Shown here piece by piece: positions 1-14,240 of a stretch of 64,000 nt of DNA (the stretch's first letter is position 1; each line of letters opens with the position of its first letter). This stretch comes from the human T2T-CHM13v2.0 reference genome, Homo sapiens. Location: the NCBI RefSeq assembly GCF_009914755.1, contig NC_060927.1; one strand, 5' to 3'. The notes beneath the pieces are model-generated. The model worked only from the letters and a program-made list of their open reading frames with translations, was not told where the DNA came from and made no database searches. The translations under genes were made by a program, and so were the position numbers.

Positions 1-1589
1 TCAATACACTTCTATTTTGCTTAAGTAAATATGGATCTGTTTATGTTTGTAGTTAAGATGAATGACTAACATATTTGCATTTGTGGAATAAATCCTACTC
101 ATTCAAGCATTATTTGAAATCACCATTGGATTCAGTTTGTTAATATTTATACCTGTGTTCATAAATCAGATTGGCTGATAGTTTTCTCTTCTTGCACTGT
201 TCTCATCTTATTTTAGTATTAAAAGGGTGCCAACTTTTGGGGATTTTTTGGTTAGAAAAATTCCTACAGTAGAATTGCTGGATCAAGGGGTCTGTACATT
301 TTCAGTTTTGATGGCTATTGTCAAATTGCTATCCAAAGAAATTTTGCCAGTTTACATTTTGACCAACAACATATAATACTGCCTGTTTCTCTCTATCCTT
401 GCCAACACAAAGGACCTGTTATCAATCTGTTTTTTTTTTATGGGTAAGTTGAGCATCCTTGCATATGTTCAGAGTCTTTCTTTCCCCAGCTGTTTTGTTT
501 TCTATGAACTGTCTGTTGATGTCAAAGAACATCAACAGAGAGTTGGTGTTTAGTTTTTCCTCTTATGTTTTTTGTTGGGGAGGGAGGAGGCATGGGAGAG
601 TGAGGATTTAACTTTTTGTCCTACAGTGACCTGTTGGTCTGAAGTTTAAACTCGGTTCCTGGATGTTGGTTGTAATGGCTGTTGAAACTGGAAAAGACCC
701 TCACAAAGACCTGCAATGCAGAGGGAAGATGGCGTGATTGGCTCTGTCTTCCAACTCAAGACATTCACTTCCAGTTGCATCCACCAATTATGCAAAGGTT
801 TTTATTGAAGTCTGGTGAAAAAAATTTCATATTCCCTAATGATAATCAGTTGTTCTATAAACCAGTCAGAAGTTGTTGCATTTTTATATTTTTAACAACT
901 GGGTCCAAAACCAATACAATGATTTTGTAAGTAATAAGTAGGTGAGGAAATTCTATTTCCAAAGTTTTAGGTGTTCGACTGAGAGAGTTGTTATGAGTGA
1001 GTCACATTCCTTTTGGCAACAGAATCACATAAAGAAGGAAACATTTCAAACATCTGTTTTCTAAAAGCATTTCCACAGTATCTTAATTTGACTGATGAGG
1101 AGCTCCCTCTAGGGGAGAGAAAAATATCAGCACCAGGGTTTCTTGTTTGTGCATTTCAGCCTAGGGGTTTTTGTGGAAATCTTTTTAATCCCCTTGCCTG
1201 TGCTGGTAAGGCTTAGCATTGTTAGAACTAGACAATGCGATCCATACATGCTTTGTCAGTGCAGCACAGTCACAAATGATCATCTCTCCCAGTTCATGGA
1301 AAGCACATATATTGGCCTGTCTCTCTTACCAGAATGTGACCTTTATGTGGAGAGGGCTTTGCCTGTTTTATTCTTTTATTTAATAAATACCAGTGACAGT
1401 ACCTGACACATAGCATGGTTCAATAATTTTTGAATCAATGAACAAATCTTTGAACAAAAGTTTTGAGCTTAGTGTAGCCTGAAATCCATGACTAGGCTCT
1501 GTGGCCAAGGGCAGGCATTTGTCTGTGGCCTAAGGCTGAGTACTCTGTGCTGTGGGTGTGGGTGAGGTTTATTTAACTGGCTTAGGCCA

Positions 1590-2060
1590 AATGTATTCAC
1601 TCAATGCTTGTTTATTGAGCACCGACTATGTGCCAGACACTGTTATAGGGGCTGGGCTCCCAACAGTGAAAAGGGCAGGCAAGATTCCTGAACTTAAGTA
1701 GCAGTGATATAGAGAATGTTGAGATGGTAATACTTGTTATAGAGAAAAATCAAACAGGGAAGGGAGATAGAGTATTCTGGCATGGAGAGGAGGTCTTGAT
1801 TTTATCTGTGGTGAGAGAAGACTTCACTGAGAGGTGAAGGAGGGAGGGAGGAGGTTGAGCAGCCACCTGGGAGACAGTCATCAAGGCACTGAAGCAGGAA
1901 CGTGCCCAGCATGTTTGAAGAACACGGAGGAGGCCGGTACGGCAGAGCAGAGTAAGGGAGGGGGAGAGGGATAGGGGCTGGAGTCAGAAAGATGTGGCCT
2001 ACAGATGTGAAATTCCTAGAGAGAACGGTTGAAGATTTTCCAGCAGTGAGGGAGGACCCT
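1590..2060 (-). mobile_element. L2 LINE 3' fragment
   Basis: Begins with tattcactcaatgcttgtttattgagcaccgactatgtgccagacactg, the reverse complement of the L2 3' tail. Boundaries approximate. Confidence 0.65.
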
Positions 2061-2919
2061 GTGAGTCAAGGGCAAAAGCAGGCCTGGAACTTTCCTGCAT
2101 CCTTTCCTGCTTCTAAAGGTGATTTTCAGGTTTTCTCTGAGACCATTTTCTTCGAAAGAGTCAGATCATCAATATGAGGTAACAGTGCCTACGGTGGTTC
2201 TGCTGCAGCCCACCTGTCAGGAGGTGGGAGATGTTCTAGGATAGTATGGGGTACAGAGGGGAGAACCTGCTGAACTGGATTCTGGCTGAACTAAGCTAAA
2301 CAAGAGACAGCACTTTAGACCCTGAACGTCAGAGGTGGAGGAAGGGACCATCTATCTCTCTCAGCTCCTGTCTGTAGGTCATCGGGCCCCACTTAATTGC
2401 GGCCACCACTCTCATTGAAGAATCTTAATCTAAAAACTCTGGAAACCTCCCAAGAGCCAGAAAGAAACAGCCTCCACTGGAGATGACAAAACAAGATTAA
2501 CCTTTTTGGACATTGATATGATTCCCTTTAGCCTCATTTTGTTATTGTTAGATTCTTTTTTTTTTTTTTAACAGTCTACAAATTGTTCTAAACTTTGTAG
2601 TGTAAGTGGTGATGGGCAATGGCGCTGTCCTGGGCTTCCTGCTAGCCAGTTGAGGTGGGGGTGTGTGCCAACACCTCTTGCTGCATCTGGTTTCATGACA
2701 TATTTAGCTAGCCTGGCTCCAGATGGAAAGCCTGGCTGCAGTCAGTACTCTAAGTCAGCCTGATCACAGTATTAAGAGTCATTGTTATGGTCACACACCT
2801 CATTGTCTATGACAAACAAAACGCACTTATTCAAGCCCTAATCTGTATAATGAATTAGGGTATCTGATGGGGTGACCCACACTCCTGAGAATTCTTAGTA
2901 GGACACATGAATGTCAAGG

Positions 2920-3452
2920 GATGGAGTTGCAGGGGAATGACTTTGCCATGGCAACCTTGCATATATCTACACCCCCTGCAAAGGCGAAGGCTTGAACCAC
3001 AGCTAATCTGAGTCTTGGCAGAACACTTCTTGATCCCCCTTGGAACAGAAGAGGATGGGAGGCTTGTAAGGCATGCTCTGAGGCCCTTATCTCCCTTGGG
3101 AGGCTGTCATGAGACAGCTTTCTCTCTCCTCTCCAGTCCTGATGAGGTGTGGGGCTTTCTGCCTCGTGCCCCTCAGAATAGAGCTACAGAATATAAAACC
3201 ACATAGCTGCAGTCTAGACCCCCTTGGCTCAACAGCAACAGGGTATCCCACGACTTGCCTTGTAGTCATCGAATCCCTTTTGTGTTGTTCCTTTTGTTGT
3301 GTGAGACAAGAACCACAGGGAGCTGGCACTTTTGACTAATCTTCCTTTTTCTATCTATGTGAGTAATTGAAACAATCAGTCTGAAGTGGCTCGATTGGAT
3401 CGGTTAGACCTTGGCCTTCGTTTTCTCTTGTGTGCCTTGTGTGTGCTTGACA
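2920..3452 (+). mobile_element. Old ERVL-class LTR (MER74/LTR53-like), 5' boundary uncertain
   Basis: TATAAAA at about 3192 and a 3' terminus gtgtgcttgaCA typical of this LTR group. Confidence 0.4.
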
Positions 3453-4106
3453 GAAGGCCACGTACTGGGGGTCAGTTATCTGTCACGGTTACCATGAAGC
3501 CTCTGAACTGGGAGAGCTGTAAGTTGTAATGCTGATGGTGTGCGTGTGTGACTGGCATGATAAAAAAGACCAGTGGAAAAATGAGGCAGTGGCTCCCTGT
3601 GGCAAGAGGAACTGCACACACCTGGACCTCGTTCCTGGCAGATGTTTACACACCTCCTTGCCCCTTGTGGGTGGGGTTAGGGAGGAATCAGAATCTGCAT
3701 TCTAAGTAGTTGCTGGGACTCCTGAGGAGAGTGAAGCTCATTTCCTGACCTGTATCTTTTACAGGGCTAAGGAAACATAGTGCTAGATTAAAGTCTGTCG
3801 TGTCTTGAATTTGAAGTCTAGCCTACCCTCCCAGTGGTGGGACAGACCTGAATCTTCAGACTAAGGATGAAAATAAGTCCAAATAGATCAGTAATCACAA
3901 TAAGTTCAATGAGTTAAACTTGATAATTAAAAAGCAGTTTGATAGATTACATTTAATAGATCTATATAATGTTCATAAGGGATATATCTAAAACAAAGTA
4001 ACACAGAAAGTTTGAAAACAAAAGGATAGAAAAAAGATATATCCGGCAAATTTCCAACCAAAGAAAACTACCACAACAAAATATAATTTAAATCTTAAAA
4101 GGAATC

Positions 4107-4329
4107 AAGGAATCAGCGAACTATGGCCTGCAGGCCAGCTGAACCCACCACCTGTTTTTAGAAATAACATCTTATTGGAACACAATCACTCCCCTTTGTT
4201 TACATATAGTCTGTGGTTGTTTTTGAGCTACAATGGCAGGGTTGAGTAGTTGTGACAGATACTGAATGGTTGTCAAAGCCTAAACTTTTTACCACCTGGT
4301 TCTTTATAGAAAAACTTTACCAATTCTAG
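4107..4329 (+). mobile_element. MER58A-like hAT-Charlie MITE
   Basis: aactatggcctgcaggcc...ttattggaacac...gctacaatggcagggttgagtagttgtgacaga, about 220 bp. Confidence 0.7.
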
Positions 4330-4446
4330 TTGTAAACCAATGAAAGGAACACTACTCTAAGATGCTATAATACTTGGGAATTTTTATGTACGCAACATAA
4401 CTTCAAAATATGAAAATAAAAAGGCTGATAGAATTACAAAGTAAAG

Positions 4447-4758
<312 letters not shown>

Positions 4759-5173
4759 TTACAAAGTAGATAATTCTACATTTATACCTATTTCAGACAC
4801 TCATGGATCAAGGAGACAGAAAAATGGTAATAGGATATTTGAAAAATCTTGTCCACATACACACACACACGTATGAATTGTAAATGGAGACAATTGGGCA
4901 GAGAGTGGCAGAGCTGAGGATCATATGCATAGATGCATGAGGGGTCATAGTGGTCATGACCAGCCAAAATTATGAAGCCATCAATGTTACAAGGCAGAGA
5001 AAACAAAGACAATGGAGATCATGAAAAAATGGTAGTAACAAGAACAATTAGAGCATAAAAAAGTTAGCCAAACTGGAGAGACCAGCCCAGAGTGAATGCC
5101 ACTAAAGTCCTGAGGAGTCCCAGAGCTACCTTGCATTCCATTCAAGTCTTTCAGATGCTCCATTTTATGACTT

Positions 5174-5461
5174 GTTTGTTTGTTTGAGACAGAGTATTGC
5201 TCTGTTGCCCAGGCTGAAGTGCAGTGGTGCAATCTCTCAATCTCAGCTCACTGCAGCCTCTGCCTCCCGGTTCAAGCAATTCTCCTGCCTCAGCCTCCCG
5301 AGTAGCTGGGATTATAGGTGCGTGCCACCATGCCGGCTAATTTTTGTATTTTTAGTTTCGCCATGTTGGCCAGGCTAGTCTCAAACTCCTGACCTCAAAT
5401 GATCCACCTGTCTTGGCCTCCCAAAGTGCCGGGATTACAGGTGCGAGCCACTGCACCCGGC
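5174..5461 (-). mobile_element. Alu (AluS-like)
   Basis: Antisense dimer flanked by direct repeat CCATTTTATGACTT (5160-5173 and 5462-5475). Confidence 0.95.
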
Positions 5462-6116
5462 CCATTTTATGACTTTTTAAACCTGCATCTCCAGAACGCC
5501 CTCTTCCTTGTGTTGATCTTGTATTGGCCGTCCATCATGTGAGCTAGCCCAAGAAAAGCCATCCTTCTTGTAATAAAGGGAAATAAAGTAAAATCTCCTT
5601 TTGAATGTCTTGCCACAGCTATGACACAGTGCCATGGTGGACACATAGATGGGTGGGTGAAGTCCAGGAGAACCTGGTCTGCCAGGAAGTCCTAGTGGGA
5701 CTTGTCCCTCCCCCTGGTGCTGGTTGTCACAGCTAATCTTGAGGTTTCTGGCTTCCTCTGGAAGGAAACAGATGCATCAGCCCTGACATATTAAAACAAG
5801 CATGTGAATACCTGGGTTTCCTATACTGTCTCATGTGCAGTAAGGAGCAAGGGTTTGGGAATCAGTACTATATGAATGCTGTAAACTTCGTTACAATGCC
5901 CACTTTTTTTTTTTGTTCCCCATGTATGAAACCTTGAAAATAAAGAGGAATAGTTTGCTTCCCTGGGAAGCATTGAGGAGAGCTGGAGAGCTAGGCAGCA
6001 TCTAGATTTGATGTGAGATAAATCCTCAAGTGCCACAAAAGGACAGAAAGGAAAACAGACCCAAGGACAAAGGATCAGGGCCAAGGGACGCATGTCCAGG
6101 GCCAGTCAGGGCCTGA

Positions 6117-6547
<431 letters not shown>

Positions 6548-6999
6548 TGATGGGATTCAGGTTTCACGTATTTTTACTTACACCCCTATCCTATCTTTGA
6601 CAGGAGGGAAACAGACAACTGTTGCATTCCTGTCCACAGAGCCTCTCCCTGAAGAAGACTCAATTATGCGGCCAGCATCCTAACCCTGGGCTGTAGTCAC
6701 TTTCGATCTCATGATTTTTCATCACTTTTACCCATGCCTGGTGACTGAACCATCTAGAAACAAGCTTTGGGCATTTGCCATTGTATAGGAAACATAGCCA
6801 TATCTACCCAGTTGGCAGAAGTATCCCATGACTATCCCAGGATGAGAGGGACCCTGGAAATTCATAGACTCTGAGACTGATTAGGAAGCTAGGGTTGTGG
6901 ATGTCATTGTTATAAGCCAAAAGGAGAAATAACCGTATCTTATGCAAATCTATCTCTTCTCTATAAAATCAACTCTACAGAAATGCATAGGCAACTATA

Positions 7000-9900
7000 A
7001 TTGAGACCCAGAAAGTTGAAGAAATATTTTAACGGAAGCAGAAGGTAAGTAGGTGTTCCATATAAAAAAGAGAAACCCAGATTATTACTATCAGATACTT
7101 AAGTGTCCTGAGGATGCTGAGCTGTGCCTCCTGTGTGGAGGCACACAGGATTCCTCCCAAAAATAAAAAGGGTCACCCTGATCAGTAAACATTGGTAACT
7201 GGTTCCTCATCTTCCTGGGTAGTGGTAGAGGGAGTGGGAGAGGTGGTGAGAAGGCAGCTAGAAAGCCAAGGAGCTGAAATTTTGGGCAGAATTTTTGACA
7301 GTTTCTGTGTAAGGAGGCTTCAAAGTTGGAGACCAGGCCTGCTAAGGATAGGGGCACACTAGTAAATCCCCAATATTTAACAGTGGAAGCCAAGAGGGCT
7401 ATACCATACCAAGAGAAAGGTGGATTTAAAATAGGCCATTAACATTTCCCATGGTGGAAGCCCTGTTTCACATCTTAATCTCTGAAATTGGGTTAAAGTG
7501 ATCCAGGATTGCTAATGCTCCAGTCACCTACCAGAAGCAAATGTAAATCGCCTCTGAAGGAAGGCAGCATAATCTCAGACCTCAACTTATTTTAAAATTT
7601 TTTCTTATACAACCATCCAGCACTCCATTAAAAAAAACCCAAACTTAAACACAGAACAAAAAAAAACCCCACCCAAAACACGAGAAATAATTGACACCAA
7701 AAACAGACTCACAGAGGATCCAGGTCATGAAGTTATACACATTTTAAAATTTGTAAGCACACTATGCCTTAATGTGTTAAAGAAAATAGAAGGCAAAATG
7801 AGAATTCAGCAGGAAATTGAAATCTTTCAGAAAGTATCATATGGGAATTTTAGAACAGAAAAGCACAATAACTCAATTAAAAACTCAGTGGGTAAGTTTC
7901 AGCAGATTAGACAGAGAGAATTACTGAACTGGAAGATAGGTTAGGAGAAAATATATAGAATAATTAGACTAATAGCTGACTTTTTAACAGAAGCAATGGA
8001 AGCAAGAAGACAGTGAAATTACATGGTTCAAGTACTGAAAGCAATAAATAATAACTAATGACCTACCTGTTGAAACCATTCTTCAATAATTAGGGTGAAA
8101 TACAGAACTTTTTTGACAAAAGTTGAGAAAATTAATCACACTTAAAGAAATACGAAAGGGTATTCTTCAGGTGCAAAGAAAATAAGCCTAAATGGCAGAC
8201 AGATTCAGAATCAATGAAAATAGTAAATATTTGGAAAAATTCAAACGAATATGCTACATTAAGCAATAATTATATAATTTGGGAAGAGAATTAAATAAAA
8301 TAAAAATGTTCTGAGCTCCTTGAATGTCTGAGAAGAGGTAAGGTAAAAGTACTACATTTATATTAGACTTTCATAAGTTAAGGATACATATCGTATTACA
8401 AGGCTGCTTTGTTAACTGTGGTAGCCCCTAGGCACATGTGGCTATTGGCACTTAGAAATGTGACCAGTCCTACTTCAGGTATACTGTAAATGTAAAATAT
8501 ACACCAGATTTCAAAGACTTAGGGTAAGAAAAGAAAGGAGAATAAAAGAAAGGAAAATGATACCATTACTAATGTTATATGGATTACATGTTGAAATGAT
8601 AATATTTTGATATATTAAATTAAATTGAATGTATTATTAAAATTAAGTTCACCTGTTTCTTTTTTCTTTTCTTTTTTTACTGTGGATATTAGAAAATTTA
8701 AAGTTACATATATATGGCTCACAGATTATATTATTATATTTGCAACATGCATTATATTTCTATTGGATAGTGCTAGTCTAAGGTAATCACTAAGTAAATC
8801 GTAAAAAAAAAAAAAAAAGTGTTAACTTCCAAGTTAATGAAGTTGAGAGTAGTGGGAGAAATGGAATAATAAAAAAAACAAGCCAAAAGAAGGAAAGAAA
8901 GGACAGAGAGAGAGAAAGAGAAAAAAATATATAACAGATGAAGCAAATAGTAAGACAGTAGATTGAAACATACACCAATAATTACATTAAACGTAAATGG
9001 ACAAAGGGCTCTAACTGGAAGATAAAGATTGTCAGACTGGATTTTAAACAAAAGAGCATGCTGCTTATAAGAGGTGTATCTAAAATACAAAGATTTAGAA
9101 AGATTGAAAGTAAAAAGATGGAAAATTATAAACCAGGCAAATACACTAACCAAAGAAACTTGGTCTAATTAATGATATCATACAAAGCATATTTTAATGC
9201 AGAAAGCATCTAGAAATAAAGATGCTCACCTCATAGTGATAAATTTTCACCCACAGGATGATATACTAATTATAAATCTGTGTGCACCTAATAATATAGG
9301 TATAAAATATATAAATCAAGAATTGACAGAATCACAATGAGAAATATGCACACTTACAATGTAGTGGGCCTTTCAATGTCTGATAGAATAAGAAGAAAAG
9401 TAATTAGTAAGTAAGGATATGGAATATTTAAACAACACAATTAACAACATTGACTTGATCAGCATATGTAGAATACTGCACCCAACTGCTGTGCTTGAAT
9501 CATTATTTTCAAGTACATATTGAATGTTTACCAAAATTGACCACATGCTGAGCCTTGAAGAAAGCCTCAACAAGTGTCAAAGAATGTAAATCATAGAGAT
9601 TATGTTCTATGAGCATAGTTGAATTAAGCCAGAAATCAATAATAATAAAAACAACTAGAAAATTTCCAAATTTTTAGAAATTAAGCAACATAACTTCTTT
9701 ACAACTCAGAAGTCAAAGAAGACATCAAAATAGTAATTAGAAGATATTTTAAACTGAAGATATTTTAAACTGAATGATGACAAAATACTTCATATTCAAA
9801 GTTGTAGGATGCAGCTAAAACTTGCTTAGAGGGAAACATTATTTCAAATGTATGCATTAGGAAAGGTAGAAAACCAATGAGCTAATTATCCATCTTAAAA

Positions 9901-10010
9901 TTTAAAAAGCAATTTAAACCCAGTAAAAGTAGAAGGAGAAAAATAATAGAGATAAGGACAGAAAATAATGAAAAGGGAATAAAAGATCAAGGAAAAAAAT
10001 AATAAAGTCC
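7000..10010 (+). mobile_element. Degraded old L1 (L1M; ORF1 end and ORF2 endonuclease region)
   Basis: A-rich sense strand with L1 ORF2 motifs such as ataattacattaaacgtaaatggac and agattgtcagactggatt. Many disruptions; interrupted by a MER33-like element. Confidence 0.75.
8405..8775 (+). mobile_element. MER33/MER3-like hAT MITE
   Basis: ggtagcccctaggcacatgtggctatt...atttctattggatagtgctag. Confidence 0.65.
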
Positions 10011-10134
10011 AAGAAATATAAAAGGTCTTGGTATCATGAACACGGTTCTTCATATGAACATGGTACACTCCCGTTCATCATATGCTTTCTCCTAGATGCC
10101 GCACCTCTGAGGAGAATAGGACAGATGTGTCTCT

Positions 10135-10208
10135 CTCTCAGATGAGAATGTAGGTCATCACGTGTGAGAAGCTCTCAGATGAGAATGTAGGTCATCATGT
10201 GTGAGAAG
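10135..10208. repeat. 37-bp tandem duplication (2 copies)
   Basis: ctctcagatgagaatgtaggtcatca(c/t)gtgtgagaag twice, one mismatch. Confidence 0.95.
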
Positions 10209-10959
10209 CAGGACATAAACTCAAAACTTCCAGATTTATATTGGCACCTGCCCGTTTCTCTGGAACTACCCAAGGAAGGGTTGATTGTTAAGAGTGAGCC
10301 AGTACCCCTTCTTGGCAGACACTGGGGGTGAAGTGTGGGTAGTTTTATTTCTCTAAGTACCTATGCTTCCTAAAACTAAAGAACACACAGCAGAACAAAG
10401 CAACCATGAAGATTTTGCTTGGGTATGATACACGGTTGTATGCTGTGCTCATAACTTTGATCATTTAGTGCTGGTTGAGGCCAAGACTGGCAAGGCTGCT
10501 GGAACAGAAATGGCTGGCAGCTTAGAGGTGGAGGCAGGGATTCTATATAAACTGGGTGGTCAGGCTGCAGTTTTGCTTTGCATGTGGTATATCCACCCAC
10601 ACCTCTGCCAAGTGCTGTGGTGAATGATCCAGGCCCACTGTTGATAGTACATCTTCCAGACCCACAGCCTTTTCCAGGAACAATATGAAATCACTTCCAA
10701 CCAGCTGGGTTCCACATTGAAATCTTGGTGTGAAGAGTCCCTGTGAGGAAAACTGGCTCCCTTTTTTGGTAAAGATCTGGCCTGTGTTTTTGTGTCTCAC
10801 AAATTCCTCAAGTCTTCAGACTCCAAGGACTTCCAATCCATGCTGACGATGACCATATTCCACTGACACACTCTGTAAATTAGAAACAGAGGCCAAGGAG
10901 GACATGATGTATGTCAGAGCCAAAGTCCAAGTGTCTAGCCTTGGTACAATGTTTAGATA

Positions 10960-12256
10960 TTTCTATTCAAGGATGGACATTCTCTCACATTATTGGGCAA
11001 ATCTTCATACATGTTTAGACATTCCCTCTGCTGGGAGGATCATCCCCAAGCATGGTTGTTTATCTCCTTGAATAGACATCTCTACACATAATTAGACATA
11101 TTCACATGTTTGGTTATCCTGATGTAATGGTGGAAATCTACATGCATGCATGACTGGTCATGCTCCCCCTTGGGTGGATATCCCCATTCAAGGCTGGACA
11201 TTCCCATTCATAGCTGGACATCCTTCCTCATGCATGGACATTGAAGAGTCCAGCTCCTGTGACTTTTCTGGCCTAAACACAGGCAACAACAAAAGCATTA
11301 TTTGGCAGGCCTCAGGGAAGAAGGCTGCCCTCCCTGCATCAGACTTGGTGTGCAACCAATGCATTGCAATCTCTGAAAGGAGTTACAGTTAAGGAATAAG
11401 GCCCCTCTGGCCTGCTATGCTCTTACTCATATCTCATTGTAGTCCAGGCAGCTTCATTTGGAGGCCTCATTCTTGTGGACCTTCAGCTGAGACTTTCTCT
11501 AGGTGCTTCTGCCAATATATCCTTAAGTGGGTGGGTTGCGGTGGGCTTAAAGATATTTTTCACTGCTTTGACTTCGTACTCAGTATGTTTCCACTCCTAG
11601 CCCTTCTTTCTTTCCTTTTTCCCAGCCTCTGGGTTCATAAAACTGCAGAAGCCTTTTATTCGGGGCTCCTTTGGCGGTGAGACTGCCCACCCCTGCATCT
11701 ATGCTGATCCACCTGACCCTCAACCGGTATGCGGTACCATGAGGGAAAAGGGATATGGGAGAGTGGGCACTGGCTCTAGTTTAGCCTCTTACTTGTATTG
11801 CAGCAGGTAACTAACAACTTCACTGTTACTTTCATTTTGGCTTGTTGTCTTAATTACCTCCTCTGATGCCTCTCAGTTCAGCTCTCTTTAGCTCAGCTGA
11901 GCTCTTGACAGACTTTTTTACTCATGGACAGACAACCTAATCATGGCTGAGTATTGCCCCAATGGCTGGACCTCCTCCCATTACAGCACATCCACCCATA
12001 GCTCATCCTCACCATGGCTGGGAGTGCCTCCTCCATGGATGGACATTCTGCCAATGTGTGGACATTCCTCCATGGCTGGACATGGTACCAATGGCTAGAC
12101 ATCTCCACCTATGGCTATACATCCTCCCATGTCTGGACATTGACAATCATGGCTAGACATCCCCTTCCTGACTGAACATAATCACCAATGACTAGACATC
12201 CCCACCCATGGCTGGACATCCCCCCTCATGACTGAACATCCCCTATAGCTGGACAC
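10960..12256. repeat. Degenerate ~20-bp minisatellite (consensus ~ATGGCTGGACATCCCCCC), split by an LTR
   Basis: Repeated tggctggacat/tggctagacat/tgactgaacat cores about 20 bp apart in 10960-11241 and 11915-12256. Confidence 0.8.
11242..11910 (+). mobile_element. ERVL-class solo LTR (MER54-like)
   Basis: TG...CA termini (tgaagagtcc ... gagctcttgaca), cataaaa TATA-like box, near 5-bp TSD GACAT/GACTT. Confidence 0.65.
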
Positions 12257-12737
12257 TTGCCCTTCCGCGCACTGATAAAGGGTTTGTCTGCACATTCAGC
12301 ACTTCATGGATTTGAGAGGAAACCACTTATTTCTTCTCCTTTTACTTTCTCCTTCCTTGCTTGGGCAAATTCTACCTTTTCTAACCCTCTGCCTCCAACT
12401 CTGTTGTTACCTTGTCTCCTCTTAGTATACAGCCAGGATCTCTATGTCTTTGCATAAATGAGTAGGTTCTATTTTTGCTCTATAAGTTATTGGCATTTGA
12501 CTTATCATCATTTGTGTTCTTCTTTCCTCTCAAAAAGCTGATGCCCCATCATTTAGGTTTTCAGGCAACCTTAGGTGGACAATTCCTAGGTCACATCTCA
12601 GATTAGCTTAATCTCTCTCTGTCTGTGTTTCTCTGTCTCTCTCTGACTCCCCCACACCTCACACATGCACACACTCACACACACAGTTGAAAATATCATG
12701 ATGTTCCTACTCCCTAATTTATTATTATAATGGCTCT

Positions 12738-13160
12738 TGTCTTAGGCTATTCATGCTGTGCTATAAAAATACCCTAGACTGGGTAATTTTATAGCACAGC
12801 ATATAGTCCCTCACTCTCAGCCTGTGTCCCTGGCCACTTCCTGGGAGATCCAGGCACGGGGATGTAGAAATTTATTTCTCACAGTTCTGGACACCAGGAA
12901 GTCCAAGAGCAATGTGTTCGCAGATGAAGGTGAAGGCTTGCTCTGTTTTATGGACGGTACTATGTTGCTGTGTCCTCACAGGGGTAAATGTGTGTCCTCG
13001 CATGAGAGAAGGGCAAAATGGCTCCCTCAAGGTGCTATTATAAGGATACAAATCCCATTCATGAGGATACAGCCTCCCAAAGCCCCACCTCTTAATACTA
13101 TTACATTAGAGATTAGGTTTCAGCATATGAATTTTGAAAGGACACAAACATTCTGACCAC
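12738..13160 (-). mobile_element. MaLR LTR (MST/MLT1A-like)
   Basis: tgtcttaggctattcatgctgtgctataaaaataccctagactgggtaattt...caaacattctgaccacagca. Confidence 0.7.
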
Positions 13161-13460
13161 AGCAGCTCTGTCGATTATTATTGTCACGACTGTGGCCTGG
13201 ATAAAATTTCCATTGGTACCTCCATCAGTCTTTCCGTTCCCACAATAGTGTCCACATCATCACACTGGCAGACACTCACCGTCCTCCTTTCCTCTACCCT
13301 TAGTGTCCTTTTCTCATCCACCGATCCCTATATAACAATCCATTCTTTTCTTTTGCCTGTCTCCCTTCTTTTAAGCTATTTTCTAAATTAAGACTCTTTT
13401 GGTTGCAAATGACAGAAAATAGACTTGGAAACCAAAAAAGGGAATTTATTGGTTTACTTA

Positions 13461-14240
<780 letters not shown>

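Noticed and set aside
9740-9774. 16-bp tandem duplication gaagatattttaaact
   Set aside because: Ordinary slippage in old L1.
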